Shown one piece after another: positions 17,724-29,087 of a stretch of DNA of 54,827 bases. Both the position numbers and the translations under genes were made by a program. The first letter of the stretch is position 1. Every line of letters starts with the position of its first letter. Source of the stretch: Candidatus Kuenenia stuttgartensis (GTDB lineage Bacteria; Planctomycetota; Planctomycetia; Pirellulales; UBA1268). Below the pieces are notes generated by a model. It ran no database searches, was not told where the DNA came from, and saw only the letters and a list, made by a program, of their open reading frames with translations. The DNA lies in the NCBI GenBank assembly GCA_943332855.1, contig CALQRA010000004.1, positions 1 to 54,827 on the forward strand. The letters are read 5' to 3'.

Positions 17724-17751
17724 GGCATCGATCAACCGGGAGGAGACCATC

Positions 17752-18225
17752 ATGGCCGACTGGATCGAGGAGGGGACGAAGGCCCCCGACTTCACGCTCC
17801 CCACCGACGACGGCGGCCGGTTGAAACTGTCGAGCTGCCGGGGGAAGGCGGTCGTCCTCTATTTCTACCCCAAGGATGACACGCCGGGGTGCACGAAGGA
17901 GGCCTGCGGCTTCCGAGATGCCTCCGCGGCGCTCGACGCGCGGGGAGCTGTCGTGCTCGGTGTCAGCCGGGATTCGGCCGCCAGTCATGCGAAGTTCCGC
18001 GACAAATATGCCCTTCCCTTCACGCTCCTGGTCGATGCCGATCATGCGGTCGCCGAGCACTATGGGGCCTGGCGGGAGAAGACGCTGTACGGCAAGACCT
18101 CGATGGGGATCGTTCGCAGCACGTTCATCATCGATCCTGCCGGCCGGGTCGCGAAGGTGTTCCGGAGCGTGAAGGCCGAAGGGCATGCCGGGAAGGTGCT
18201 CGAGGCGCTCGCCGAGCTTGCCTGA
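17752..18225 (+). CDS. bcp: Thioredoxin-dependent peroxiredoxin (BCP/PrxQ)
   Basis: VLYFYPKDDTPGCTKEACGFRD, RSTFIID; GGAGGAG Shine-Dalgarno upstream. Confidence 0.95.
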   Translation: MADWIEEGTKAPDFTLPTDDGGRLKLSSCRGKAVVLYFYPKDDTPGCTKEACGFRDASAALDARGAVVLGVSRDSAASHAKFRDKYALPFTLLVDADHAVAEHYGAWREKTLYGKTSMGIVRSTFIIDPAGRVAKVFRSVKAEGHAGKVLEALAELA

Positions 18226-18410
18226 CCGGACCTCCCCACGCCTCACCCTGCTTCCCTGCCCGACCCCGAAAACCGCCACCACCCCACCGCTGGCCCGCGA
18301 AAGTGATCTCGCCCAGATTGGCAGCGCCGCGCCGGCCCGATCCCCGGGGCTACAGTTGCCGGCAGGTGCGGGGTGTCCGGGGCCTGGTGTGGCCGGGAGT
18401 CGTGCGGACC

Positions 18411-19184
18411 ATGCGGACGCTGCTGGCCAAGTGCTGTGTCCTCGCGCTCATCGCGGGCGGGTTCACTTTCACCGGCGACGCGGGACGGGTCTTCGCCCGC
18501 GGCCGCCGGGTTCTCGAATCAACGACGCTCCCCCGGGATGCCGTGGAAGACCCGGTCGAACTCCCTCATGAACCTGCCCCGTCGCCGACCGACATGCCGT
18601 CAGCGCCCCGCGTTGACGTCGCGGCCCCGGTGCCTGCGGAATCCGCCGGCGCAGCGGTGACGACCGTCACGGAACCGGCACCTCCGTCGGCCTCGACAGA
18701 ATCCCCCCCGGCGCAGAAGCCACCGGCCGACGCGCCGATCGGCACACCGATCCCCCCAACTTCGCCTCCGGCCACCTCGCCGGAAACGATCGACCTGCCG
18801 ACGCTCTCCCCCGGCGACCGGGTGATCGTATGGGTCGGGGCTGCCGGTGCCCGCACCGGCCGAGGGGGGGGCATGACGATCGCACTCGACGTCATCGACC
18901 CGGCAACGGCCGAGGTCCTCGAGCAGGGGCACGCCGGCACCGGGGAGCAGGGAACGAACCATGCCCCGCTGCGGCGGATCCGGATCCTCGGCACCGCCAC
19001 CGAGGGGTTCTTCGGCGGGGTCACGCCGACGGGGCCGGCGGGGCGGATCACGCGCGGCCAATCACTGCGGATCGTCCCGGTCGAACCGTCGGCTTTCCAG
19101 AAGGGTTTGGAGGCGACCGGCGCCGAGGTCATCGGCCCGGTGCGGGCGCTGGCCGTGGCCCGCGCCACGACCGCCATTCCCTAA
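18411..19184 (+). CDS. Hypothetical exported protein with Pro-rich linker
   Basis: Signal-like N-terminus MRTLLAKCCVLALIAGG, Pro/Thr/Ala-rich middle, globular-looking C-terminus. Confidence 0.6.
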   Translation: MRTLLAKCCVLALIAGGFTFTGDAGRVFARGRRVLESTTLPRDAVEDPVELPHEPAPSPTDMPSAPRVDVAAPVPAESAGAAVTTVTEPAPPSASTESPPAQKPPADAPIGTPIPPTSPPATSPETIDLPTLSPGDRVIVWVGAAGARTGRGGGMTIALDVIDPATAEVLEQGHAGTGEQGTNHAPLRRIRILGTATEGFFGGVTPTGPAGRITRGQSLRIVPVEPSAFQKGLEATGAEVIGPVRALAVARATTAIP

Positions 19185-19264
19185 ACACCGGGGCCGATCG
19201 ACCCACGACAAACCGTCAACGTCCGGCCGGTGGCCACCCGCTTTGCGGGGCGCGAGGAGGTCGG

Positions 19265-20953
19265 TCAGACCTCCGCGGTCCCCTCGGCGGCCTCGCGTTC
19301 CTGCGACCAGCTGACGCGCTTCTTCGACAGGCCGATCTTCCGGTCGTCGGTGTCGACGCGGAGGATCTTCACCTCGATCGGGTCGCCCACCTTCACGAGA
19401 TCCTCGGCATTCTCGATCTTCTCCTCGGAGAGCTCCGAGATGTGGAGCAGCCCCTCGAGACCATCCTCGAGACCGACGAAGACACCGAAGTTGGTGATCT
19501 TCGTGACATTTCCCTTCACGATATCGCCGGGCTTGTAACGGGCGGGGATGTCGGTCGTCCACGGATCCTCGTGCATCTGCTTGAGGCCCAGCGCGATGCG
19601 GCGGCGCTGCTGGTCGACCGAGAGCACCTTGCACTCGATCTCCTGCCCCTTGTCGACCATCTCGCTGGGGTGGGTGACCTTCCGCGTCCATGACATGTCG
19701 GTGACATGGAGGAGGCCGTCGATCCCATCGTCGATCTCGATGAAGGCGCCGTAGTTGGTGAGGTTGCGGACGACCCCCTTGACCACCGCACCGGGCGGGT
19801 AGTCGGCGGCGACCTTCTCCCAGGGATTCTGCTGGGTTTGCTTCATCCCCAGCGAGATCTCCTGCTTCTCCTTGTTGATGGCAAGGACGACGACCTCGAC
19901 CTCATCCCCCGGCTTGACGAGCTCGGAGGGATGGCTGACGCGCTTCGTCCAGCTCATCTCACTGATGTGGACGAGCCCCTCGACACCATCCTCGAGCTTC
20001 ACGAACGCGCCGTAGCTCATGACATTGACGACCGTCCCCTTGCAGACGGTGCCGACCGGATACTTGTCGGCGACCTTCGCCCACGGGCTCGCGGTCCGCT
20101 GCTTCATCCCGAGGGCGATCTTCTCGCGCTCGCGGTCGATGTGCAGCACCTGAACTTCGATCTCCTGGTCGATCGCCACCATTTCGCTGGGGTGGCCGAT
20201 GCGGCCCCAGCTCATGTCGGTGATGTGAAGAAGGCCGTCGATACCGCCGAGATCAACGAACGCGCCGAAGTCGGCGATGTTCTTGACGATGCCGCGGCGC
20301 ACCTGGCCGACCTCGAGGGTCTCCATGAGCTGCTTCTTCCGCTCGGCACGCTCTTGCTCGATGAGGGCCCGGCGCGAGACGACGATGTTGCGGCGCTGCT
20401 CATCGATCTTGAGCACGAGGCACTGGATGCAGCGGCCGCAGTAGTCGCCGATGTCGGCCGGACGACGGATGTCGACCTGACTGGCGGGGAGGAAGACGTT
20501 GACCCCCGAGATGTCGACGAGGAGCCCGCCCTTGATCTTCCGTGTCACGAACCCGGTGACGACGTCATTCTCCTTGACGCTCTCCATCACCCGCAGCCAA
20601 TCCTCGATGCGGCGGGCCTTCCGCTTCGAGAGGGTGATCAGGCCGCGCTGTTCCTCGAGTTGGCCGTCCTCGAACTCCTCAAGGAGCACCTTGACGGTGT
20701 CGCCCACCTGCGGCGGCGGCTCCGAATCATCCCACTCGTTCCGTGGGATGTGCCCCTCGCTCTTGTAGCCGACGTCGACCAGCACAAACTCATCATCGAC
20801 CCGCAGAATCTTGCCGTGGAGGACCGAATTGACCGACAGAGTGGCGGTCCCAATGGCATATTCGCCACTGTCGGTCCCCCCCATAGCCAGTTCGATCTCC
20901 TGATCGATTTCGTCGCCAAGTTCCAGTTCGCGGATGAGGTTGCGGTTGACCAT
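19265..20953 (-). CDS. rpsA: 30S ribosomal protein S1
   Basis: [17 protein letters not shown], and repeated FGAFV..G.DGLLHI.DMSW S1 domains. Confidence 0.98.
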   Translation of the reverse strand: MVNRNLIRELELGDEIDQEIELAMGGTDSGEYAIGTATLSVNSVLHGKILRVDDEFVLVDVGYKSEGHIPRNEWDDSEPPPQVGDTVKVLLEEFEDGQLEEQRGLITLSKRKARRIEDWLRVMESVKENDVVTGFVTRKIKGGLLVDISGVNVFLPASQVDIRRPADIGDYCGRCIQCLVLKIDEQRRNIVVSRRALIEQERAERKKQLMETLEVGQVRRGIVKNIADFGAFVDLGGIDGLLHITDMSWGRIGHPSEMVAIDQEIEVQVLHIDREREKIALGMKQRTASPWAKVADKYPVGTVCKGTVVNVMSYGAFVKLEDGVEGLVHISEMSWTKRVSHPSELVKPGDEVEVVVLAINKEKQEISLGMKQTQQNPWEKVAADYPPGAVVKGVVRNLTNYGAFIEIDDGIDGLLHVTDMSWTRKVTHPSEMVDKGQEIECKVLSVDQQRRRIALGLKQMHEDPWTTDIPARYKPGDIVKGNVTKITNFGVFVGLEDGLEGLLHISELSEEKIENAEDLVKVGDPIEVKILRVDTDDRKIGLSKKRVSWSQEREAAEGTAEV

Positions 20954-21192
20954 CGTGTGGGGGTTTCGGGAAAACGGGTTGGAGGAAGGGGAAAAACGGG
21001 CCACGAGGTGGAAACCTCGGAGTGTAGCAGCCGCGGCATCCCTGAACAATTCGTCGTTTTGCCCTTTCCTCCCCAATTTCCCGATCGAATCGAGATCAGC
21101 CCGACCTCAGTTCCCCCCCCTCCCGGTCCGATGCCACCTTCATGGACACCATCCGCCCCTCCGCTGCCGGTCGGTCTGCGTCTTCTCCTGGG

Positions 21193-22164
21193 ATGACGCG
21201 GCGGAGCCTCCTCCACGCCACCTGCCTGACCGTCGGTCTGGGGGCCTGGGGAGCGGCCCGTCGGGCCCGCGGCCAGTTCGCCGACGAACCGCTGGCAGCG
21301 AGCGGGCCGACGCTCGGGGATGTCCGCCGCCAGCCCTACCGCGTCGGGCTGACGGTCGTCGCCGCGGGGGGGCCCTGCCGGGGAATCTACGCCTCGCTGC
21401 CGGTCCCGGCTGAATGGCCCGAACAGACGGTGGAATGGATCGGCGAGGATCTCTCGGCCGACGTCCGCCAGGTCCGCTACCGGACCCTGCCGGGGGGCGT
21501 GAAGCAGATGCTCATCGACATTCCCGACCTCCCATCCGGCCAAGAGGCGAAGGCCGTCGTCACCTTCTCCGTGGGGAGAGCGGCGATCCTCGCTCCGACC
21601 GACACGTCGGAGCTCTCGATCCCGGAGAAGCCGGCCAAGGGACTGAAGCCGTTCCTCGCCCCGAGCCCGTACATCGAGACCCGCCATCCGAAGGTGACGA
21701 AGTTTGCCAAATCGCTCGGAGAGGGGCTCGAGGGCTGGGGGAAGGTCGAGGCGATCTACGACGCCGTCCGCGACAAGGTGGAATACCGCAACGGCACCCT
21801 GAAGGGGGCGGCCCGGGCCCTCGCCGATGGCTGGGGAGACTGCGAGGAGCTGACGTGCCTGTTCATCGCCTGCGCCAGGATCAACGGCATCCCGGCCCGG
21901 ACGGTGTGGGTGGAGGGGCACTGCTATCCGGAGTTCCACCTCGTCGACAAGCTCGGCACCGGCTCGTGGTTCCCCTGTCAGGCCGCCGGCGCGAGGGCCT
22001 TCGGTGGCATGCCCGACCAGCTGCCGATCATCCAGAAGGGGGATTCGTTCCGCGATCCCGACCGTCCCGGGCAGCCGCTCCGCTATGTGTCGGAGTTTTG
22101 CCGCGGCGCGGCCCTCTCAGGGGGTGGCTCACCGCAGGTCGATTGGATCCGTGGCGGGGCCTGA
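21193..22164 (+). CDS. Transglutaminase-like domain protein with putative Tat signal
   Basis: MTRRSLL twin-arginine-like start; GDCEE (Cys), GIPAR, GHCYPEF (His). Confidence 0.8.
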   Translation: MTRRSLLHATCLTVGLGAWGAARRARGQFADEPLAASGPTLGDVRRQPYRVGLTVVAAGGPCRGIYASLPVPAEWPEQTVEWIGEDLSADVRQVRYRTLPGGVKQMLIDIPDLPSGQEAKAVVTFSVGRAAILAPTDTSELSIPEKPAKGLKPFLAPSPYIETRHPKVTKFAKSLGEGLEGWGKVEAIYDAVRDKVEYRNGTLKGAARALADGWGDCEELTCLFIACARINGIPARTVWVEGHCYPEFHLVDKLGTGSWFPCQAAGARAFGGMPDQLPIIQKGDSFRDPDRPGQPLRYVSEFCRGAALSGGGSPQVDWIRGGA

Positions 22165-22233
22165 CGGCGCCGCGGGAGGGTGACCACATCGTCCCCAGGA
22201 ATCTGGCTGATAGCGGATCTGGCTGTGAGCCGA

Positions 22234-23202
22234 TCAGGCAACCGGGCCCGGCTTGCCGTCGAGGGCCCCAGCTGCAGCCAGCATGGCAGGATCCTCACCG
22301 AACCGCGGCGCGTTCTCACGGGCCGACGGGGCGAACCAGCGCGGCACGATCGCCAGGCCCGCTTCCTTCCAGACCGCTTCGAGGCGGTCGCCGGCGAGGC
22401 GAACGATCTTCTCCCGGCCACGGCCGGCGAGGGTCGAGCGATCGGCCCAGGGTGTGACGGGGCCGTCGAAGCCCGCCTTCTGGGCCTCGAGGAGGATCTG
22501 GGCGGCGGGGATCACGCCGGTCTCGGCGGGGAGCAGCCGGTGCGTCTGGTTGAGCTCGGCCGTGACGACATCCCGGGGCGCGTCGGAGAGCCGGACCTCG
22601 ACGATCCGGCCGGCCGGGATCGACCCGATCACCGACACCGGCTCGCCGGTGAGGTAGAGAGCCCAGGAATCAACGACGATGCCGACGCTCGGATGGCAGA
22701 CGCTGACCAAGCCGACGAGGCCTTCGTAGGTGTGGATGAACTGATGGGCCTTCTCGGCCCGGGCCTCGGCCTCCGGCGCCAGGGCGAGCCCGAGGCTGAT
22801 GCCATAGGTCGAGAGCAGCCCGCCGAGCGTGTCGAGCCGCTTCCGGTAAAGCTCGAAGAAGTCCTTGAAGGCATGGTCGTCGGAGGCGGGGGCGATCGTG
22901 ACGATGGCGCGCTTCGCCTCGGTCGCCTGGGCGAACGCCAACCGCGTCGGGAGCTCGGCGAGATCGGCCTCGAAGGCCGCATCGTCACCGATCAGCGAGA
23001 TCGGCAGATGGAACGCCCCGCACTCGAGGCGGGCGCTGACCATCAGCCGGCGGGCGTGCTCGACCCCGAACGCCTCGGCCTGCTGCTGGAAGTCGACGAT
23101 GTCGATGTCCATCGCGTCGAAACCGAACGACAGCGCCAGTTCGATGAGCTCGCTGGGCCGTCCGGAAAGGGGCAGGCCGACGGTGCTGAGATTACGGAAC
23201 AT
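22234..23202 (-). CDS. Sugar phosphate isomerase/epimerase-like TIM-barrel protein
   Basis: IELALSFGFDAMDI, VGIVVDSW, IVEVRLSDA, RLLPAETG.I, GFDGPV pattern. Confidence 0.75.
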   Translation of the reverse strand: MFRNLSTVGLPLSGRPSELIELALSFGFDAMDIDIVDFQQQAEAFGVEHARRLMVSARLECGAFHLPISLIGDDAAFEADLAELPTRLAFAQATEAKRAIVTIAPASDDHAFKDFFELYRKRLDTLGGLLSTYGISLGLALAPEAEARAEKAHQFIHTYEGLVGLVSVCHPSVGIVVDSWALYLTGEPVSVIGSIPAGRIVEVRLSDAPRDVVTAELNQTHRLLPAETGVIPAAQILLEAQKAGFDGPVTPWADRSTLAGRGREKIVRLAGDRLEAVWKEAGLAIVPRWFAPSARENAPRFGEDPAMLAAAGALDGKPGPVA

Positions 23203-23521
23203 CGCGGGGAGGTCTCCTGTGCTCTGGCTCACCGCGCCAGTCGCGCGGGGTAGGGGCCGGGTGTCTGAAATGGCTGTTCGGGGTGGGGTGGGCGGCGCGA
23301 GCCTCCGGCAGCGTTGCCGTCGCTGTCACGCCCACCTGCGGGGAAGGGGGCGATTATGCCCGACAGGGCTGCTATTTTGAAGCGGGAACAGCTCTCGCAT
23401 CGGAAAAAGCCCTTCCCGCCCTGCTTTCCCCGCCATCCCGCCCCGCCCGCCGACTTTCTCCCCCCCCTTCGGCGCTGTCCCGGCCAGCCTCCGCTCCCCC
23501 ACCCCGGCAGCCTCCCCTTCC

Positions 23522-24379
23522 ATGACCCTCGTCGAAGCGATCACCCTTGGGACCGTCCAGGGGCTCACCGAGTTCCTCCCCGTGTCGAGCACGGCCCATC
23601 TGCGGATCGTCCCGGCGCTCCTCGGCTGGGAAGACCCCGGAGCGGCCTATTCGGCCGTCATCCAGTGCGGCACGCTCGCCGCGGTCTGCGTGGCGATGCG
23701 GGGCGACATCGCGGCCCTGCTGCGGGGATTCTTCAAGGGGATCGCGACCGGACGCCCGTGGGGGAGCCCCGAATCGCGGGTTTCGCTGCTGATTCTTCTC
23801 GGCACCCTCCCGATCGTGTTCGTCGGATTCGCCCTCCGAAAGCTCATCAAGGGGGAGGCCCGGCGGTTGGAGGTCGTGATCGGGGCCCTCGTGGCGGCGA
23901 CGGTCCTCATGGCGGTGGCGGAGATCGTCGTCCGCCTCCGGCATCGGCGCGGCCCGACCGGACGGCACGGGCTCGACGGCATCGGTCTCTCCGACGGCCT
24001 GGGAATGGGCCTGGCCCAGGTGCTGGCGCTCGTTCCCGGCACGTCGCGCAGCGGCGTGACGATCTCGTCGGGGATGCTCGGTGGGCTCGACCGGCAGACC
24101 GCCGCCCGGTTCTCCTTCCTCCTCTCGCTCCCCGCCGTGGCGGCCGCCGGCCTCCTCGAGGCCTGGCAAGAACGGGGCGCGATCTTCGGTTCCACCGAGG
24201 CGATCACGATGGCAGCCGCCGGAACGCTGGCCGCGGCACTCGTCGGCTACGGGGCGATCCGCTGGCTCCTGGCGATGCTCGGCAGCCACACGCTCTGGCC
24301 GTTCATCATCTACCGGCTCGTTCTCGCCGCGATCCTCGCCTGGTCGCTCGCCGCGGGGTGGGTGCCTGCCGTGGGCTGA
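23522..24379 (+). CDS. uppP: Undecaprenyl-diphosphate phosphatase
   Basis: VQGLTEFLPVSSTAH, QVLALVPGTSRSGVTI, ARFSFLLSLP motifs. Confidence 0.96.
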   Translation: MTLVEAITLGTVQGLTEFLPVSSTAHLRIVPALLGWEDPGAAYSAVIQCGTLAAVCVAMRGDIAALLRGFFKGIATGRPWGSPESRVSLLILLGTLPIVFVGFALRKLIKGEARRLEVVIGALVAATVLMAVAEIVVRLRHRRGPTGRHGLDGIGLSDGLGMGLAQVLALVPGTSRSGVTISSGMLGGLDRQTAARFSFLLSLPAVAAAGLLEAWQERGAIFGSTEAITMAAAGTLAAALVGYGAIRWLLAMLGSHTLWPFIIYRLVLAAILAWSLAAGWVPAVG

Positions 24380-24458
24380 TCCCCCTCGATCGGCCCGCCG
24401 CGAAACCAGACCGGGCCATCGACCGTTTCACAGGCATTCCCTCCGCGGAGCACCAGCC

Positions 24459-26144
24459 ATGCGAGTGAGCGTCGCCGGTTCAGGTCTTTCGGCCTGTGGT
24501 GGTCTGGTGACCGCCGGGATCCTCCTGCTCCTTCTCCTGGGCTTCGCCCCGGCGCCCCGGGGCCATGGGGCCGAGCCGCCCGAAGCGGGCAGCCTGACGG
24601 CGAGCCCGGAGCCGGCCCCGCCAGCCGCGGACGACCTTTTCCTCCGTCGGATCCATCTCGACCTCGCCGGCCGGCAGCCGACCTTTGCCGAGACCGAGGC
24701 CTTTCGCGCCGACCCATCCCCCGGCAAGCGTGCGGCTGAGGTCGACCGGCTCCTCGCCGCGCCGGCATGGAGCCAGACCTGGGCCCGCTATTTCCGCGAC
24801 GTCATCCTCTTCCGTCGCACCGACCCGCGGGCGGCCTTCATGCAGGCCCCCCTCGAGACGTTCCTCACCGCTCGACTGGCCGCCGACGCCTCGTGGGGAA
24901 CGATCGCCCGCGATCTGATCACCGCCACCGGTGCCCCCGGCGAGCAGGGGGAGACGGCGATCATCATCGCGCAGATGGGGGAGACCGCCGACATCGCCGC
25001 GGAGGTGTCGCGGATTTTCCTCGGCATCCAACTCCAGTGTGCCCAGTGCCACGATCACTTCACCGACCGCTGGAAACGTGGGCAGTTCCACGAGCTCGCC
25101 GCCTTCTTCCCGCGGATCGCGATCCGCCCCACCGCCGGGCAGGGGCCCGACCGGTTCGAGGTGGTCTCCTTCGATGTCCAGCCGCGCGCCCTGCGCGGGC
25201 GGAAGCCCCCCGACAACCCGCGCCGCGGCGACCTCGAGCACGAGATGCCCGACCGCGATGATCCCTCCCTCCCCGGCACCGTGATGGCGCCGCGCTTCTT
25301 CCTCACCGGGCAGTCGCTCCCGCTGGGGACCCCCGACCTCGAACGGCGGCACGCGATCGCCGCGTGGATCACCTCCCCCGACAATCCGTGGTTCGCCCGG
25401 GCGATCGTCAACCGGCTGTGGGCCGAGTTGGTGGGGGAGGGTTTTTACCCCGCGATCGACGACCTCGGCCCTGACCGGATCCCCCAAGAGCCGGAGCGTC
25501 TGGCCGACCTCGCCGCCGGGTTCGCGGCCCATGACAGCGATCTCCGCTGGCTGTTTCGGGCGATCTGCACCTCGCCGGAGTATGGCCGCGGGAGCCGGTC
25601 GCGCTCGAGCCCCGCACGCGCGGGCTTCGCCGCCAACTGCCCGCAGCGGCTCCGTGCCGATCAGCTCTTCACGCAGCTCCTCGACACCCTCGGCGTCGAC
25701 GAGGCCCGAGCGGCCCAGGCCGCCGCGCGCCGGCGCGGCGCGGCGGGTCCTGTGCCGGCGCCGGCCCAGGAACTGATGGCGCGCTTCCGTCTCGGCAGCC
25801 CGCGCAATCTCTTCGGCCAGGTTTTCGGCTACGACCCCAGCCTGCCGCGTGAGGAGATCGTCGGCTCGATCCCGCAAACGCTCGTGTTCATGAATGGCCC
25901 GCAGGTCGCCGCCGCCCTCGACGGCCACCGGCCCGGCACGCTCCTCGGCCGTCTCCTCCGTACCGAGTCCGACGACGCGGCGGTGACCGAGGCCCTCTAC
26001 TACCGGGCACTGGCCCGGGCCCCAAGTGCCGACGAACTGGCCACATGCCTCACGCATGTGAACAGCGCCGGCGACCGCGCGGAGGGGTTCGAGGATGTCT
26101 TCTGGGCGCTCATCAATTCGGTCGAGTTTCTCCACCGTCCGTGA
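24459..26144 (+). CDS. DUF1549/DUF1553 (PSCyt2/PSD1) domain protein
   Basis: FLRRIHLDLAGR, FLGIQLQCAQCHDH (CxxCH), NPWFARAIVNRLW, WALINS.EF. Confidence 0.92.
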   Translation: MRVSVAGSGLSACGGLVTAGILLLLLLGFAPAPRGHGAEPPEAGSLTASPEPAPPAADDLFLRRIHLDLAGRQPTFAETEAFRADPSPGKRAAEVDRLLAAPAWSQTWARYFRDVILFRRTDPRAAFMQAPLETFLTARLAADASWGTIARDLITATGAPGEQGETAIIIAQMGETADIAAEVSRIFLGIQLQCAQCHDHFTDRWKRGQFHELAAFFPRIAIRPTAGQGPDRFEVVSFDVQPRALRGRKPPDNPRRGDLEHEMPDRDDPSLPGTVMAPRFFLTGQSLPLGTPDLERRHAIAAWITSPDNPWFARAIVNRLWAELVGEGFYPAIDDLGPDRIPQEPERLADLAAGFAAHDSDLRWLFRAICTSPEYGRGSRSRSSPARAGFAANCPQRLRADQLFTQLLDTLGVDEARAAQAAARRRGAAGPVPAPAQELMARFRLGSPRNLFGQVFGYDPSLPREEIVGSIPQTLVFMNGPQVAAALDGHRPGTLLGRLLRTESDDAAVTEALYYRALARAPSADELATCLTHVNSAGDRAEGFEDVFWALINSVEFLHRP

Positions 26145-26156
26145 TCGGAGGTCGGC

Positions 26157-27479
26157 ATGCCTTCATCGTGCCCGAATCGTCGTTCGCTGCTCCGCGCCCT
26201 CGGACTGGGCGCCGTGGGATGGGGGGCCGGCGGCGGCTTCCTCCCCGGGTCTGGATGGGGCCCGTTCGCCGCGGCCCACGCCGACGGGCTGCGGGCCCGC
26301 CACAAGGCCTGCATCCTCCTCTGGATGCAGGGGGGGCCGTCGCAGTTCGAGACCTTCAGCCCACTCCCAGAACACCCCAACGGCGGCGGCACGGCGGCCA
26401 TCGCCACGGCCGTCCCCGGGATCCGCTTCGCCGAACACTGGCCCGAGGCGGCGGCGGTGGCCGACCGGCTGGCGGTGATCCGCTCGATGACGAGCAAGGA
26501 GGGGAGCCATCCCCGCGCCACCCACCTCCTCCACACCGGCTACCTGCCGATCCCCGGCGTCCGCCACCCGACGCTCGGGTCGATCGTCGCCAGTCAACTC
26601 GCCACCGTCGCCACCGTCGCCACCGTCGCCACGGGCGCCACGAGCGACTGCGGCGCCGATCTGCCGCCGGTCGTCCGGATCGGTGCTCGCGGCCGGGCCG
26701 ACTCCGGCGCCGGGATTCTGGGGATGGCGTGGGAGCCGTTCGAGATCCGCGATCCTGACCAGCCACCGGCCAACACGACGGCGCTGGTGCCCGCGGCGCG
26801 CCACGAGCGTCGGCTCGATCTGGCGGCGCGTCTGGAGGGGGGATTCGCCGATCGGCTGCCGCAGGAGGCGGCCGATCACCGCGCGCTGCGGGAGCGGGCC
26901 AGCCGGTTGATCCACAGCCCGGCGATGGAGGCCTTCGATCTCGACGGCGAGACCGACGCCGCGCGGGCGCTGTACGGGGAGGGGGATTTCGCCTCCGGCT
27001 GCCTCCTCGCGCGCCGCCTCGTCGAGCGCGGCGTGAGCTTCGTCGAGGTGGTGTGCGACGGCTGGGACACGCACGCCGACAACGCCGACCAAACGGCCCG
27101 CCTCGCTGGCCGCGTCGACCGACCGTTCGCGGCCCTCGTGCGCGACCTCGGCGACCGCGGGCTCCTCGACGACACGCTCTTGATCTGGATGGGGGAGTTC
27201 GGCCGGACTCCACAAGTCAATCCGCGCGGCGGGCGCGATCATTTCCCGAGGAGTTTCAATGCCGTCCTGGGCGGCGGCGGCGTTCGCGGCGGGCGGGTCG
27301 TGGGGGCCACCGACTCGCGCGGCGTCGACATCCTCGAGCGCCCGGTGACGGTGCCCGATCTGTTCTCCACCTTCTGCCACGCGCTCGGGATCGACCCGTC
27401 GGTGGAGACGGTCGCCCCGTCAGGACGCCCGGTGCGCCTCGTCGACGGCGGCGAACCGGTGCGGGAGCTGTTCGGATGA
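26157..27479 (+). CDS. DUF1501 domain protein (Tat-like signal)
   Basis: NRRSLL, CILLWMQGGPSQFETF, CLLARRLVERGV.FVEV...GWDTH, GEFGRTP..N..GGRDH. Confidence 0.93.
   Translation: MPSSCPNRRSLLRALGLGAVGWGAGGGFLPGSGWGPFAAAHADGLRARHKACILLWMQGGPSQFETFSPLPEHPNGGGTAAIATAVPGIRFAEHWPEAAAVADRLAVIRSMTSKEGSHPRATHLLHTGYLPIPGVRHPTLGSIVASQLATVATVATVATGATSDCGADLPPVVRIGARGRADSGAGILGMAWEPFEIRDPDQPPANTTALVPAARHERRLDLAARLEGGFADRLPQEAADHRALRERASRLIHSPAMEAFDLDGETDAARALYGEGDFASGCLLARRLVERGVSFVEVVCDGWDTHADNADQTARLAGRVDRPFAALVRDLGDRGLLDDTLLIWMGEFGRTPQVNPRGGRDHFPRSFNAVLGGGGVRGGRVVGATDSRGVDILERPVTVPDLFSTFCHALGIDPSVETVAPSGRPVRLVDGGEPVRELFG
26601..26632 (+). repeat. 9-bp tandem repeat (GCCACCGTC)x3.5 inside the DUF1501 gene
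   Basis: Encodes ATVATVATVAT in frame. Confidence 0.85.
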
Positions 27480-27501
27480 CGGTGCCGCGGCCGCGCCGCG
27501 G

Positions 27502-28944
27502 TTAGCCCCCCGCGGGGAGCGCCGAAAGATCGAGCCCGAGGCGCTTCGCCTTCTTGTAGAGCGTCGTCCGGTTGATGCCCAGGGCCCGAGCTGCCGCGTC
27601 GCGCCGCCAGGCGTGGCGCTGGAGCGCCTCGAGGATCATCTGCCGCTCCGGCACCGCCAGCGACTCTCGCAGCGCCCCCGCGCCAAGCGGCTCGACCCGG
27701 ACCGCGCCGGCCGCCATCACCGCCGGGGGAAGATCGCTGACCTCGACGCGGCTGGTCGTGCCGAGATAGACACCGCGTTCGACAGCGTGCTCGAGCTCGC
27801 GGACGTTGCCGGGCCAGTCGTGGGCCAGCAGGGCCGCCAGCGCCCCCGGGGTGAAGCCGTCGACCGTTCGCCCCGCCCGGGCCGTAGCGCGGGTGAGAAA
27901 GTGGCTGGCGAGGAGGGGGATATCGGAACGCCGGTCACGGAGCGCCGGCATCTCGATCGTGACGACATTGATCCGCCAGAACAGATCGGCGCGGAACCGG
28001 CCGGCTGCGACCAGCGCCGCGAGATCCTCGTGAGTGGCAAGGACGAGGCGGGCGTCGACCTTGCGCGTCGATCCCCCCCCCACCGGCTCGAACTCGAGGT
28101 TCTGGAGGACGCGGAGGAGCTTCACCTGAAGGCCCGGCGTGGCGGTGGCGATCTCGTCGAGGAAGATCGTTCCCCCATCGGCTTGGGCGAAACGCCCTTC
28201 GCGGTCGACCGTGGCCCCCGTGAACGCGCCGGCGACATGGCCGAACAGCTCGCTCTCGAGGAGCGATTCCGACAGGCTGCCGCAGGCGACCTCGACGAAG
28301 CGCCCGCTGCGGCGGCCGCTGATGGCATGAATTTCCCGGGCGAGGAGCGATTTCCCCGTGCCGCTCTCGCCGGTGAGGAGGATCGTGACCCCGGTGTCGG
28401 CGACGCGACCGGCGATGTCGAGCACCCGGCGGATCGCCGGGTCGCCCCCAAGGATCGCGACCCGATCCGCTGGCGAAGCCAGGCCCGGCTCGACGTCTGA
28501 GGACGGGATCGGGCAGGCCTTCATGAGCGCCTCCAGCAGCCGGTCATCGGCAGCCGGAAAGCCAATCGTGATGTCCCACCCGGCCGGATCGGCCTGGGAA
28601 GGGAGCACGGCGACGAGCCTGGCCAGCGCGTGCCGGGAGGGGAGTTGCTGGCGGACCGCCTCGGCGCCCCGCATGGCCACCTGGCCGACGACGACCCACG
28701 CATCACATCGGCCGCGCGAGACGAGGCGGCGGGCCTCGTCGGCGCTCCCGGCGGCGCTGGCGTGCCACCCCTGCGTACAGAGCCAGGCCGCGGTTCCCGA
28801 TGCGGCCCGGCGATCGGCATCGATGACAACCACCCGGCCGCGCGCCCCATTCCGCTCCGCCCCGCGCGTCGCCCGGCTGTTCCCCCCGGGCGTCGGGAGC
28901 GGGGAGGGAAGGCTGGGCGGTGCGGAAACGAGGTCGGCGCGCAT
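27502..28944 (-). CDS. Sigma-54-dependent enhancer-binding protein (NtrC/Fis family)
   Basis: [35 protein letters not shown]-terminal [14 protein letters not shown]; degenerate receiver-like N-terminus. Confidence 0.93.
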   Translation of the reverse strand: MRADLVSAPPSLPSPLPTPGGNSRATRGAERNGARGRVVVIDADRRAASGTAAWLCTQGWHASAAGSADEARRLVSRGRCDAWVVVGQVAMRGAEAVRQQLPSRHALARLVAVLPSQADPAGWDITIGFPAADDRLLEALMKACPIPSSDVEPGLASPADRVAILGGDPAIRRVLDIAGRVADTGVTILLTGESGTGKSLLAREIHAISGRRSGRFVEVACGSLSESLLESELFGHVAGAFTGATVDREGRFAQADGGTIFLDEIATATPGLQVKLLRVLQNLEFEPVGGGSTRKVDARLVLATHEDLAALVAAGRFRADLFWRINVVTIEMPALRDRRSDIPLLASHFLTRATARAGRTVDGFTPGALAALLAHDWPGNVRELEHAVERGVYLGTTSRVEVSDLPPAVMAAGAVRVEPLGAGALRESLAVPERQMILEALQRHAWRRDAAARALGINRTTLYKKAKRLGLDLSALPAGG

Positions 28945-29087
28945 GGTGAATCCCGTGGACGAAAAAGGCTCCACAGGTACCTAGGTCGCCGTTTGGCGAC
29001 GTCAAAGTCGCCCGAGGTCGACAAGCTTGCCGAAAAGGGACATTTTCCCAGCCTGAGCCGGCAGAATCGGCCCGACCACTCCCGCCG

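Noticed and set aside
19706-21196. Long antisense ORFs opposite rpsA, the M16 protease, DUF1553 and others
   Set aside because: Expected stop-poor shadow frames in high-GC DNA; no recognisable motifs
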